This document shows, one piece after another, positions 10,101-18,634 of a DNA stretch of 64,000 nucleotides; the first letter of the stretch is position 1; every line of letters begins with the position of its first letter. The notes under the pieces are model-generated. The model saw only the letters and a list, made by a program, of their open reading frames with translations, was not told the DNA's origin and made no database searches. The stretch lies in NCBI GenBank assembly GCA_963801355.1, contig CAWDEM010000008.1:2112001-2176000 (forward strand), in the 5' to 3' direction. The DNA is from Ignavibacteriota bacterium (GTDB lineage: Bacteria > Bacteroidota > Ignavibacteria > UBA10030 > UBA6906). The position numbers were made by a program, and so were the translations under genes.

Positions 10101-11747
10101 GACAACGGTCGCTGCTTCACGGTAGTTGAAAAGACTGTACGTATCAGGGGCGAGGAGTTCCGGCTTCCGGCGGGAGTTGTAGGTGGTGTACGCCGTTAGA
10201 ATCTCCGCGATATCTTTTGCGTGCTTTTCGCCGAACTGTTGTGCTGCCCATTGCCGTGTGTACGCCGGCAGGCGTTCCGCGGACCACGCGTCGGGATTCC
10301 AGGCATAGTCCAGGAAGAACTGTGTGGGGAACTCCATGGGCTTGATGTCGCCGACATTCACGATCCAGATCCGGCGGGCTCCATACGCATAGGCCATGTG
10401 CATTTGCTCCCATACCCGCGCAATCTGATTTGTGTTCACCCACTTATAGTTCCTCGGCCCGCCTACATAGTCGAAGTGGTAGTAGATGCCATAGCCCCCT
10501 GCGCGCGGCGGAGCGAGAAGAGAAGGAAGTCTGCGGATGTTTCCCCAGTTGTCATCGCAGAGAAGAAGCGTGACATCATCCGGCACCCGCATGCCTTTGT
10601 CGTAGTATTCCTGCACTTCTTTGTAGAGCGCCCACACCTGCGGGATGGCCGCCGGATCCTTGCCCGTCACCTCTCCCAGAATCCGACGCTGGTCTCGCAC
10701 GATGTTTTCGAGGAGTGCGATGTTGGCCCCCTCGGACATCGGCTCATCGCCGTCACCACGCATGCCCACGGTGACCAGGCTTTCGTACGAACCCATGCGC
10801 GCGATGCCCTGGCGCCAGAAGCTCCTCAGCATGCTGTCGTTTTTTTCGTAGTTCCATGGTCCCGACCCATAGCGTCGCCATTCGTCGTGAGCGCGCATCA
10901 TCGGCTCATGGTGTGAGGTCCCGATCACAATGCCGAACTCGTCCGCCAGCTGCGGATTGCGCGGGTCATCATCGTAGAATGCATTCCCCCACATTGCCGG
11001 CCAGAGAAAATTTCCCTTCAGCCGGAGGATGAGCTCGAACACGTGCTCGTAGAATGCCGAGTTGAATCCGCCGAATTTCTCGCGAGTCCAACCCGACAGG
11101 GCCGGAGCTTCGTCGTTGATGAAGATGCCGCGGTATTTCACCGCCGGCTGGCCGTTGGAGTACCGGCCCGGAAGTACGAAGAGCTCCGGCTCTTTCTTCA
11201 CCGGAACATCCGCCCACCAGTACCACGGCGACACGCCGGCCTTCGATGCCAGATCGAACATGCCGTAGATGGTTCCCCGCTTGTCGCTCCCCGCGATGAC
11301 CAGCGCCCGGTCGATACCGGGAAGCGGGTTCTGGATTGTCTGAATCAGAAATGTTTCCCACTTCCCCGCGATGTCTCCGACATCCAGCCTTTTCTCCCGC
11401 ACCAGTCTGTCAACCCACGGGCTCCGGCCGAGTGTACCGATCAGCACCATCTCCTTCTCCGGCCCGATCCCGTCGACAGACAGAGGAGGTTCATTGCCGG
11501 TCACACGGAGAAGATCCTGCTGCAGAAGGCGTGCAACACGGGCGACCCCCGCATAGTCCTGAGAACTCACGTACAGGGCGGCGGATTTGCCCTTTGCCGA
11601 CAGGGTGAACGCGTCTGCCTGCATTTTTCCCGAAACGTACCCTTCGGCTGCAGAAAGTTCCCCTGGAAGGGCAATGACAAGCAGGGCGGCCAGGATTCTC
11701 CAGCACACGGCACGATATTCCTGAGAACGGGTCAGCAGGCGGCTCAT
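7149..11747 (-). CDS. GH115 alpha-glucuronidase fused to a GH43 beta-xylosidase/arabinofuranosidase
   Basis: GH115: VKYRGIFINDE, WPAMW, GTSHHEPM, LLCDDNWGN, YYHFDYVGGPRNYKW. GH43 from 8789: NPILAGFYPDPSICR, GLFAP, GIDPS, WIEGPH. Start at ATG 11747 overlaps the upstream stop (ATGA). Confidence 0.9.
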   Translation of the reverse strand: MSRLLTRSQEYRAVCWRILAALLVIALPGELSAAEGYVSGKMQADAFTLSAKGKSAALYVSSQDYAGVARVARLLQQDLLRVTGNEPPLSVDGIGPEKEMVLIGTLGRSPWVDRLVREKRLDVGDIAGKWETFLIQTIQNPLPGIDRALVIAGSDKRGTIYGMFDLASKAGVSPWYWWADVPVKKEPELFVLPGRYSNGQPAVKYRGIFINDEAPALSGWTREKFGGFNSAFYEHVFELILRLKGNFLWPAMWGNAFYDDDPRNPQLADEFGIVIGTSHHEPMMRAHDEWRRYGSGPWNYEKNDSMLRSFWRQGIARMGSYESLVTVGMRGDGDEPMSEGANIALLENIVRDQRRILGEVTGKDPAAIPQVWALYKEVQEYYDKGMRVPDDVTLLLCDDNWGNIRRLPSLLAPPRAGGYGIYYHFDYVGGPRNYKWVNTNQIARVWEQMHMAYAYGARRIWIVNVGDIKPMEFPTQFFLDYAWNPDAWSAERLPAYTRQWAAQQFGEKHAKDIAEILTAYTTYNSRRKPELLAPDTYSLFNYREAATVVEDYTRLAERAQGIYDSLPPAQKDAFYQLVLHPVTACANLNDLYVTVGMNHLYAGQGRAGTNALADRAAFLFSKDSAISHYYNSTLAGGKWNHMMDQTHISYTSWQQPEKDVPPPVQRIALKPAPEMGVAIEGSARWWPRDTTEAVLPECDPYSNQSTYIEVFNRGTLPVHYVLHSPEKYLQLSSCEGSVRTEERITVNVDWRKAPAGKQRVPITITGPDSAHVVVHAVVNNPVLQERQVVHAFMESNGYLSMEAEHYTTAVNTPHAAWQRIPDLGRTLSAMTVTPVTSASVTPGGDSPRLEYRVHLFTAGRLTVHADLSPTLDFRTEPGREHKGLCYAVSFDEQQPQIINMHAKDTVPDWKYPHEWNQAVANNIHIVTSQHTVEKPGEHILKFWMVDPGVVLQKLVIDAGGMKPSYLGPPESCRPGAARDTSLEVANMFFNPILAGFYPDPSICRVGADYYLVTSTFAYFPGIPVFQSRDLVNWNLIGHVMDRVEQLNLDGQGVSRGLFAPAIRYRGGKFYVTCTLVDIGGNFIATATSPRGPWSNPVWIPEINGIDPSMFFDDDGRAYIIYNSIPPNDKPLYDGHRTIRMYEFDTGKLKVTGEEHLLVNGGTDIARKPVWIEGPHIFKKDGAYYLIAAEGGTGDQHSEVVFRSAAVEGPYVPFAGNPILTQRHLDPAREAPITSTGHADFVETESGDWWAVFLGCRPYPPVEGGYYNTGRETFLAPVLWKNGWPIVTTGEEKVQYSYPYPVRPSSAPGVPYGGNFTRRDDFNGGTLDRDWTFLRTPHEEWYDLRSRKGFVGLQLRPESCSGKGNPSFLGRRQQHLRGSASTSLLFSPSAENEKAGIVVFQNESHFYFLCKSRVGTRPQLQLYTSLDPGGSTTHMRVIASREITIKEYTMPVRLKIEARGDTYAFLYGFGDRGWSVLKEHVDAKFLSTKVAGGFVGCMYGLYATSLGKKATTSAYYDWFEYRGNDDTYMIHQQ

Positions 11748-12898
11748 CTGGGACTCCCGGCGGTGTTGAGAACGGCGAAGAACGCCGGTTTCGGCTGGTA
11801 GTTCCGATCGAAGAGCAACGGATAGCTTGTCCGCCCTCTGACCGGCCAATCATTGAGCCAGGACGTTTTGTCGGTGACACCCCAGAACGTCACCCGATCA
11901 ACTGTCGCCGCATGCTTCACAAGGATGGCGAACAGACCGGCGTACCGGTCAGTCAGTACTTTCTGCATTGAATCGGGAAGCGCGTCGGGATACGGGTTCA
12001 GTTCCTTGCGCAGTTCGACTCTCATGTTGATATCTGCACCCTCGTAATCCCACGCCGCGGGCAGTATATTCATGTCCATCTCGGTGACCAGCACCTTGAC
12101 GCCGAGGCCTGCGACAGCCGAGATGAAATTTTCGAGATCGTCATCTGTCGGGTAATCCATCCCCCAATGTCCCTGAATGCCCACGGCATCGATCCGGAGA
12201 CCCCGCGCCTTGAGATCCTTGACCAGGCGCACCGCTGCATCCCGCTTTGCCGGCTTGTCGAGCGAGAAGTCGTTGTAGTACAATTCGGCGCCGGGATCGA
12301 CCTGGTTCGTGTACTCAAAAGCCTTTGCCACGAAGTCTTCCCCCACCGTCTGCACCCAGAGGCTCTGCCGGAGTCCCCCTTCGTCGGTGAGAGCCTCATT
12401 GACCACATCCCACCCCTTTACCCTGCCCTTATAGCGGCCCACCACGGTCTCAATGTGCTGCCGCATGCGCAGGAGCATCGCATCACGACCCAGCAGCTTC
12501 CCCTGTGCATCGACAAACGTCCAGGCAGGAATCTGGTCATGCCAGACGAGCGCATGCCCCGCGATGAACATGTTATGCTTTTCGCCGAACGTCACAAAAC
12601 GGTCGGCCGCTTCAAAATCATACATGTCAGGCTGCGGATGGATGTGCACCCACTTCATCACGTTCTCGGCTGTCACACTGTTGCACTGTTGCAGGACTAT
12701 TGCAACAGCCTGCGAATCCCTGCCGGTAACCATGTCATCGTTCAACGCAGCACCGATCAGAAAATCCTTGTCGTACGCGCCTTTCAGTGTGGTCCGGTCA
12801 TGGCTGTCACTGCACGTGAATGCTCCGAGGGCCGCGAGTAATACAGAGGCCGCAAGGAAGCCCTGCCAAAAGTTTCTTGTCTGCGCTTTCGTGGGCAT
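11744..12898 (-). CDS. GH10 endo-1,4-beta-xylanase (exported, possibly a lipoprotein)
   Basis: VTAENVMKW, GHALVWHDQ, WDVVNE, LYYNDF, GIQGHW, VTEMD, VTFWGVTD; start at ATG 12898 after GGAGAGGTG. Confidence 0.93.
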   Translation of the reverse strand: MPTKAQTRNFWQGFLAASVLLAALGAFTCSDSHDRTTLKGAYDKDFLIGAALNDDMVTGRDSQAVAIVLQQCNSVTAENVMKWVHIHPQPDMYDFEAADRFVTFGEKHNMFIAGHALVWHDQIPAWTFVDAQGKLLGRDAMLLRMRQHIETVVGRYKGRVKGWDVVNEALTDEGGLRQSLWVQTVGEDFVAKAFEYTNQVDPGAELYYNDFSLDKPAKRDAAVRLVKDLKARGLRIDAVGIQGHWGMDYPTDDDLENFISAVAGLGVKVLVTEMDMNILPAAWDYEGADINMRVELRKELNPYPDALPDSMQKVLTDRYAGLFAILVKHAATVDRVTFWGVTDKTSWLNDWPVRGRTSYPLLFDRNYQPKPAFFAVLNTAGSPR

Positions 12899-12900
12899 AT

Positions 12901-15048
12901 TCACCTCTCCTCGTTTGAGCGGCGGATGGGCATCAGGCTGAATCGTTGAAAATACTGAAGGCACGTATCCCTCCAACTCGCTGCGTCAATCTTCTGCTTC
13001 TCGAGCCGTGCCTTGACGTGCGCGAATACTGCAGAGTCGACTGAGTGCTCAAGCGACAGCCAGGTGCCATACATCGAATCTACGTATTCCGTTCCCGTGT
13101 AGTATTTCGTACACAGCTCTTCCCAGAGCGTCCTTCCCGATTGCATGTGGTGATCCCAACTGACATGGTGGAACCAGAGGAGGTACTTCTCCGGGCATGA
13201 TGCAACTCCATCTAGCTGTTCACGTAGGGGAGAAGCGTACTGACTCACTGCATTGCTCCCGGTGGAGCTACGGTCATAGCCAAGACCGACGGCATCTGCC
13301 CGATGGTAGTACGTCGAACGCCAATCCACCCTCCCCGTGTCGAGTTGGGGTCCGGGGCCGTAGTGAACATCCACCTGCATAATGTGATGCAATCCCAATG
13401 GGGTCATGTAGTTGACACATGCCTCCCATGAACCCATCATCATTGCGTGAACAGTCGACACTACTCCGGCGTCATTGCCGAGTGTCATCTGGATCCACTC
13501 GTTGGCGATGTCTCCCGCGGACTGCGTGTGATCCCACGCGAGGCGGCCGAAGGCATACCAGTTTGCCTGGGCGAAGAGATGCCCGCACCAGTTCTTTTCG
13601 TCGCCGGTGTTCGCCACCCCCGCGATCCCGGTCATCGCGCGCTTCTGCAGGCTTCCGTCAATGATGGCGCCGAGTGTAGAACCCGGGCCACGGGTGAAAA
13701 GGTCGAATTGCAGATACTCTTTCCACATGGGCGCGAGGTATACCAAATGCGTGGAATGCCCCAGATATTCCTGCGTGATCTGGAGCTCAAGCATCAGCGG
13801 CGTCTTTGGCATTGCTCCGAAGAGAGGTTGCACGGGCTCCCGGGGCTGGAAGTCGAGCGGCCCGTTCTTCGCCTGTATGAATACATTTGAACGGAACCCT
13901 CCATCAAGAGGCACGAATTCCTTGTATGAGCGCTTCACACGGTCGGCATCACTCAGTGCATCATACACAAATGACCGCCACATCACTATGCCGCCGTGCG
14001 GTGCCAGTGCCTCGGCGAGCATATTGGCACCATCGGCATGCGTTCTGCCGTATTCCTGAGGCCCCGGCATTCCTTCGGAGCTCGCTTTCACCAGAAATCC
14101 CCCGAAATCAGGAATGCAGCGGTACACCTCTTCGACTTTGCGTTTCCACCATGCCCGCACGTCCGGATTCAGCGGGTCCGCCGTTGTGAGATCCCCGATC
14201 CCTCCTTTTCTATTCCCTTCCTGCTCGAACCGGGCGGAAATGGGAGAGGAAAAATTGACGGAGAGGAATATACGAATGCCGTAGGGACGGAACACGGCCG
14301 CTATTGCGGCTGCTTTGGCAAGATATGCGGATGTCAGAATACGCGGATTCGCATTGACATTGTTGAGCACGGTCCCGTTGATGCCAATCGATGCACATGC
14401 CCGGGCATAGTCGCGGTAGCGGGCATCGGTTGCGGAAGGCAGCGTGTCCCATCGCCAGAGCGATGTGCCGGCATATCCCCGTTCCACAGTGCCGTCAAGA
14501 TTGTCCCAGTGATCCAGAAGACGGAGTTGTACTCGTGGCCTTGAGACGACGTCGATGCGGTCGATCACCCGGTGAGTCTGGAGCAGGCGGAGAAAATGGA
14601 AAGAACCGTACAGGAGTCCGCGTTCGTCATTGGCGATAATGATCAGTGTCCTGACGCCGTTCTTCTTTGTTGCTTTGATCGCATATCCCTCTGATCCTAG
14701 GGAGTCGAGCAGCGCGGCATACCCGGTCATCTTCAAAGCACGGAAGTGCTGCGGTGTTGCAGCGACAAGGGCGCCCACAGCACGTCCGGCCGCCCGCACG
14801 GGGATTTCCTTGCCGAGCAGGCCGCGTATCCCTCCCTGCAATTCGTCGCGGATCACCTGTACAGTAGGGGAGTTCCCCGGAATCACGAGTGCACGGATCA
14901 CGTGACGGTAGTGTTGCAGGCGGGCTCCGTCAGTGACTGGGTCGTACTTCAACCAGAGACGATAGCCGTCATCCCCAAAAGCTGCGTGCACGACAAGGCA
15001 TGCAATAACGAGAATAGCCCTCAGGGGTTTCGTTGGATTCATTCCCAT
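12901..15048 (-). CDS. GH67 alpha-glucuronidase
   Basis: DGYRLWLKY, HWDNLDGTVERGYAG, GTVLNNVNA, IPDFGGFLVKA, KNGPLDFQPREP, ELQITQEYLG; start at 15048 or 15042. Confidence 0.93.
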   Translation of the reverse strand: MGMNPTKPLRAILVIACLVVHAAFGDDGYRLWLKYDPVTDGARLQHYRHVIRALVIPGNSPTVQVIRDELQGGIRGLLGKEIPVRAAGRAVGALVAATPQHFRALKMTGYAALLDSLGSEGYAIKATKKNGVRTLIIIANDERGLLYGSFHFLRLLQTHRVIDRIDVVSRPRVQLRLLDHWDNLDGTVERGYAGTSLWRWDTLPSATDARYRDYARACASIGINGTVLNNVNANPRILTSAYLAKAAAIAAVFRPYGIRIFLSVNFSSPISARFEQEGNRKGGIGDLTTADPLNPDVRAWWKRKVEEVYRCIPDFGGFLVKASSEGMPGPQEYGRTHADGANMLAEALAPHGGIVMWRSFVYDALSDADRVKRSYKEFVPLDGGFRSNVFIQAKNGPLDFQPREPVQPLFGAMPKTPLMLELQITQEYLGHSTHLVYLAPMWKEYLQFDLFTRGPGSTLGAIIDGSLQKRAMTGIAGVANTGDEKNWCGHLFAQANWYAFGRLAWDHTQSAGDIANEWIQMTLGNDAGVVSTVHAMMMGSWEACVNYMTPLGLHHIMQVDVHYGPGPQLDTGRVDWRSTYYHRADAVGLGYDRSSTGSNAVSQYASPLREQLDGVASCPEKYLLWFHHVSWDHHMQSGRTLWEELCTKYYTGTEYVDSMYGTWLSLEHSVDSAVFAHVKARLEKQKIDAASWRDTCLQYFQRFSLMPIRRSNEER

Positions 15049-15061
15049 CCGAGGTCCGCAC

Positions 15062-16652
15062 TCATTTGACCAAGTGCATCTTCCGGGATTCGACAAACTC
15101 CTCTGCAGTCATCCGGCAAAGGTACATTCCCGAAGAGAGATGTGTGCCGTCGAACTTCACAAGGTAGCGGGCGGGGGCTTTCTTCTCATCCACCAGCACG
15201 GCGACTTGGCGCCCCAACATATCGTATACGGCAAGCCGCACCCGCCTATTGCCCAGCGCCTCGTGCCCAGTGCCTGCAACGGTATACCCTATGCTCGTAC
15301 CCGGATTGAACGGATTCGGATAGTTCTGCTCGAGCGCGAACGTCAGGGGCGCCTCGCTGGTTTCCTCTACGCCCTGAATCAGATCTCCGGTCGTGAACAC
15401 CGCCACGGCGTACGAGCTCGATCCGCTGTCGTTCGCAGCGGTCACCCGCCAGTAGTACCTGGCGTTCGCGTTGAGGGGGGAGAGCTGATGGAGCGTGTCG
15501 GTCACCGTGGTATCCACAACCGTTGTTGTGAACCCGCCCGTGGTTGCGACCTGCACGCGGTACGACAACGCGGAGGCTGAGGGGTGCCAGACCAAACGGG
15601 GATTGCGCGGCTCGCCAGCCGTGCTAACAGGTGATATGAGTGCCGGCGGGAGCGGAGAGGCGATGTATTTGCGCAACCACTGCATCGCAGGGCGCTCGGT
15701 ACCGTTGGACCGGATGAGGTACCCATTCACTTTCCACATGTCACCCTGCATGTACCCCCAGAGAGTAATGCCCTTGACTCCCGGATTCTCCCAGAACAGT
15801 GGAAAGTAGATCTTGTAGTTGGCGAGCTGGATACTGTCGGATTCTTCATTGATGTCGAACTCTGTGATATACACGGGCAAACCCGTCGCAACGAGCCTGT
15901 CGAGGTTGTATTTCAGCGTCGCAACCAGATAGCTATAGGAACTTGGCGCGCCGGCGTAACTCTTGAATTCAAAATAGTGCCCCTGGATGCCGATCGCATC
16001 GACCAGTCTCCGCACCCGCAGAGTGTCAATGAGCGCGAGGTACCTCGTTGTGACAGCATTGTCATGGAGAACATTGTACTCGTTGAGCGTGAGTTTCGCC
16101 GCTGGTGAGCAGTATTGCCTGGCCCATGCTGAACGCCGTGATGATCCAATCCCAACTTGTCTTCCCGCTGTCCCCAAGCGCGTGCATGTACGGAGGTGGT
16201 TGATGGAAAGGCTCGTTGACAACATCCACCATCGACATCGAGCCATATCTCGTCCCGACGGCGTTAATCCACTGCTCCACCTTTGCTCTCTGTTGAGCTG
16301 AGTCGAGGCCGGCAATCCATGGGGGTTGCTGGGCCCCCCAGACGAGGCAATGATGCCTGAAAGGAAAGGACTGAGTCCGGGAGTAGTTGTAGAAGGCGTC
16401 AAGCCATGTCCAGTCGTAGGAATTCATCAATCCTTCGACGCTCTCCCACTTTCCGGCGTTTCCCGGCGATACCTGGTCCCAATACGTGCTAAAATTCGAA
16501 TAAATGGGTATGCCGCTGGTCAACGCATTGCCCACGAATCTGCCTTTGTCTTTGGCTAGTTGCGCTGCAGCGTGCGTCGGGCAAAGAGCGATCACGCAAA
16601 AGCACACCGCAAGGGCCGCGAAATGCCGGACCGACCTCGTCAGATCTCGCAT
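15062..16652 (-). pseudogene. GH10 xylanase + Fn3 + T9SS CTD interrupted by a +1 frameshift (pseudogene or sequencing error)
   Basis: The N-terminal half (signal peptide, HCLVWGAQQP, VDVVNEP ... WIITAF) lies in ORF 16062..16712. The C-terminal half (WARQY...NEYN...GIQGH...ITEFD...TLWGY, NYPNPFNP) lies in ORF 15062..16402. One extra base falls within 16127-16130. Confidence 0.85.
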
Positions 16653-16708
16653 CGCAAGATCATCCTTCTTCAAGGCACTCGCAGGGACTGTCAAAACTCT
16701 CTGGTAAT

Positions 16709-18619
16709 TCATGGTGCTGGCGGATATGCCCCGATGTAGACACCGTTGTTCCGTGACTGCCCCAGTAATGTACTGATTTCTGCCGGAAGCCGCCTTCCTG
16801 ATGGTAATCCAGGGAATGTCGTCACGACCCGGTAGTTGCCCGTTTCGATACTCTTGAACAGGGGTTCTGTATAGCCCGGGTAGTAACGGCTGTTTGCTTC
16901 ACACTCAGGGTACGCCTTTCGCAATTCCTCCAATGAATTGAACCCCATCTGGCACTCTTTGTTTGAGGCAGGGCTCCACAGAATCAGAGGATACCGCGCC
17001 TCCGCTGCACCACGTACGTACACATTGTGATCAAGCGTTTTCAGTTGCGCATTCGGGAGCTGCGCACAGAGCGTTGCAGGCTGCCAGACAAAAACAAGGG
17101 GTCGGCCGAAATCCCTGTCCCCCACCAGGAGGTTGTTGACGAACACGTGGTCCTCCCGCTTGTCTACGTCCGGTCCGGTGCTGGGATGCCAGCCGAAGTG
17201 GTCGCCCGCGGCACTCCGGGCATTGCGCCCGATACAGGCCATGCTGTTCACGAAGGTATTCTGGTAGATCTGAACATCGGAGGCGTTCAGAACCAAGAGG
17301 CCATGGTCACAATTCACGAACACATTCCCGGCACAAATGGCGCCTTTCGATATCTCAAAGAAGAAGCCGTTGTCGCTCGGCCAGAGCTGATTGATGGGTA
17401 TGGTCGTGTTCACCCGTCCGACATCTTCAATCCAGTTGTTGACGAAGACTCCATCCACATTGCCGACGTCGTACCAAATGCCGTTGGAATTCGACAGCTC
17501 GGTCACCAGATTATCACGGCACGTCACTCTGTAGCTCTGGTTGAAGATCTTTACAGCCGCGGGATAGTAGCCGGTGATATTCTCGATATTGTTGCGCGTG
17601 AAGACATTGCGCTCCAGCAGAACGTCGTTCGAGGCGATCACATACACGCCTTCAGTGCTCGTGTCGCTCACACGGCAGTGCCGGATGGTCAGGTGATCTC
17701 CACGGAAATACCCGGCAACCCGTGAGCAGTAGGAGATCGTACAATTCTCCAGCGTCGTGCCGACGACTTCTTTGCCGTGTTTGGACTCGTCAGACAAACC
17801 CTCCGGCTCCGTACCTTCGACTTCGAGTGCACGGTATGCATACTGGGTGAACGTAATGCCGCGAATCACATATCCTTTGTGGTCTGATTTCTTCCCGTGG
17901 CATTCTCCGGTCGTTCTCAACAGCGCGAGATCGTACGCGGTGATCTCCACCAGGCGATCCGTCGGGTCTACACCGATGTACACGACTCCGGCATCATAGT
18001 CGATGTAGTACGAATTCTCATCCACATCCCCTTCCCAGCCCACGGCCTCGAGGAATTTTCCATCGACGAAGACCATGTCATTGTTGAATCGCCACATTGG
18101 TGTCTTTTTCCCTTCCCGGTTGCGTCGCCACCAGTCCGCCGGTTTCTGCGGGTAGAGGCGGGACCACTTCGTCGTCCACAGACCGTTGCCCAGGTTCTCC
18201 CAGGTCGCAGCGATGAGCGTGCCTTTCAGCACCGGTTGCTCATCCGCGTAGGGCTGGATGGTAATGCCCTGGTTAAGCCGCAAGTTTCCGGTGCGGTAGG
18301 TTCCGCCGCGCATCACAATGGCATCGCCGGTACGCGCCCGTGCGATGGCGGTTTCCAGCGTCGTGGGCTTTGCGAGCGTCTCGCCTGAGTGTTCGGTTCT
18401 CCCGTCGACTGCAACGTAGTAGATCGTTCCGGCCTTAGTGGGCAACTCGTAGGTCTGCCGGATGGGGCCGTAGGGGCCGCCGGAGGGTTGGCAGGATGCC
18501 GGCACAATGTTCACACACGTGCTGAGAACCACACAGGCTATACACCACCGCGCATGCCATCCTGCTATGTCCAGCGTGTTTCTGTCTGTCACACCAGTAT
18601 TCATACGTGTCTCATTCAT
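16709..18619 (-). CDS. Right-handed parallel beta-helix protein, GH120-like putative glycosidase
   Basis: YYVAVDG...GDAIVMRGGTYR...EQPVLKG; beta-helix rungs; AVKIF, GIWYD, FFFEISKG; N-terminal hydrophobic signal. Confidence 0.65.
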   Translation of the reverse strand: MNETRMNTGVTDRNTLDIAGWHARWCIACVVLSTCVNIVPASCQPSGGPYGPIRQTYELPTKAGTIYYVAVDGRTEHSGETLAKPTTLETAIARARTGDAIVMRGGTYRTGNLRLNQGITIQPYADEQPVLKGTLIAATWENLGNGLWTTKWSRLYPQKPADWWRRNREGKKTPMWRFNNDMVFVDGKFLEAVGWEGDVDENSYYIDYDAGVVYIGVDPTDRLVEITAYDLALLRTTGECHGKKSDHKGYVIRGITFTQYAYRALEVEGTEPEGLSDESKHGKEVVGTTLENCTISYCSRVAGYFRGDHLTIRHCRVSDTSTEGVYVIASNDVLLERNVFTRNNIENITGYYPAAVKIFNQSYRVTCRDNLVTELSNSNGIWYDVGNVDGVFVNNWIEDVGRVNTTIPINQLWPSDNGFFFEISKGAICAGNVFVNCDHGLLVLNASDVQIYQNTFVNSMACIGRNARSAAGDHFGWHPSTGPDVDKREDHVFVNNLLVGDRDFGRPLVFVWQPATLCAQLPNAQLKTLDHNVYVRGAAEARYPLILWSPASNKECQMGFNSLEELRKAYPECEANSRYYPGYTEPLFKSIETGNYRVVTTFPGLPSGRRLPAEISTLLGQSRNNGVYIGAYPPAP

Positions 18620-18634
18620 GGAAACCGACTCCCA

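Noticed and set aside
16100-16150. Programmed ribosomal frameshift in the GH10 gene
   Set aside because: No slippery sequence, homopolymer or stop codon at the shift site; mutation or sequencing error is simpler.
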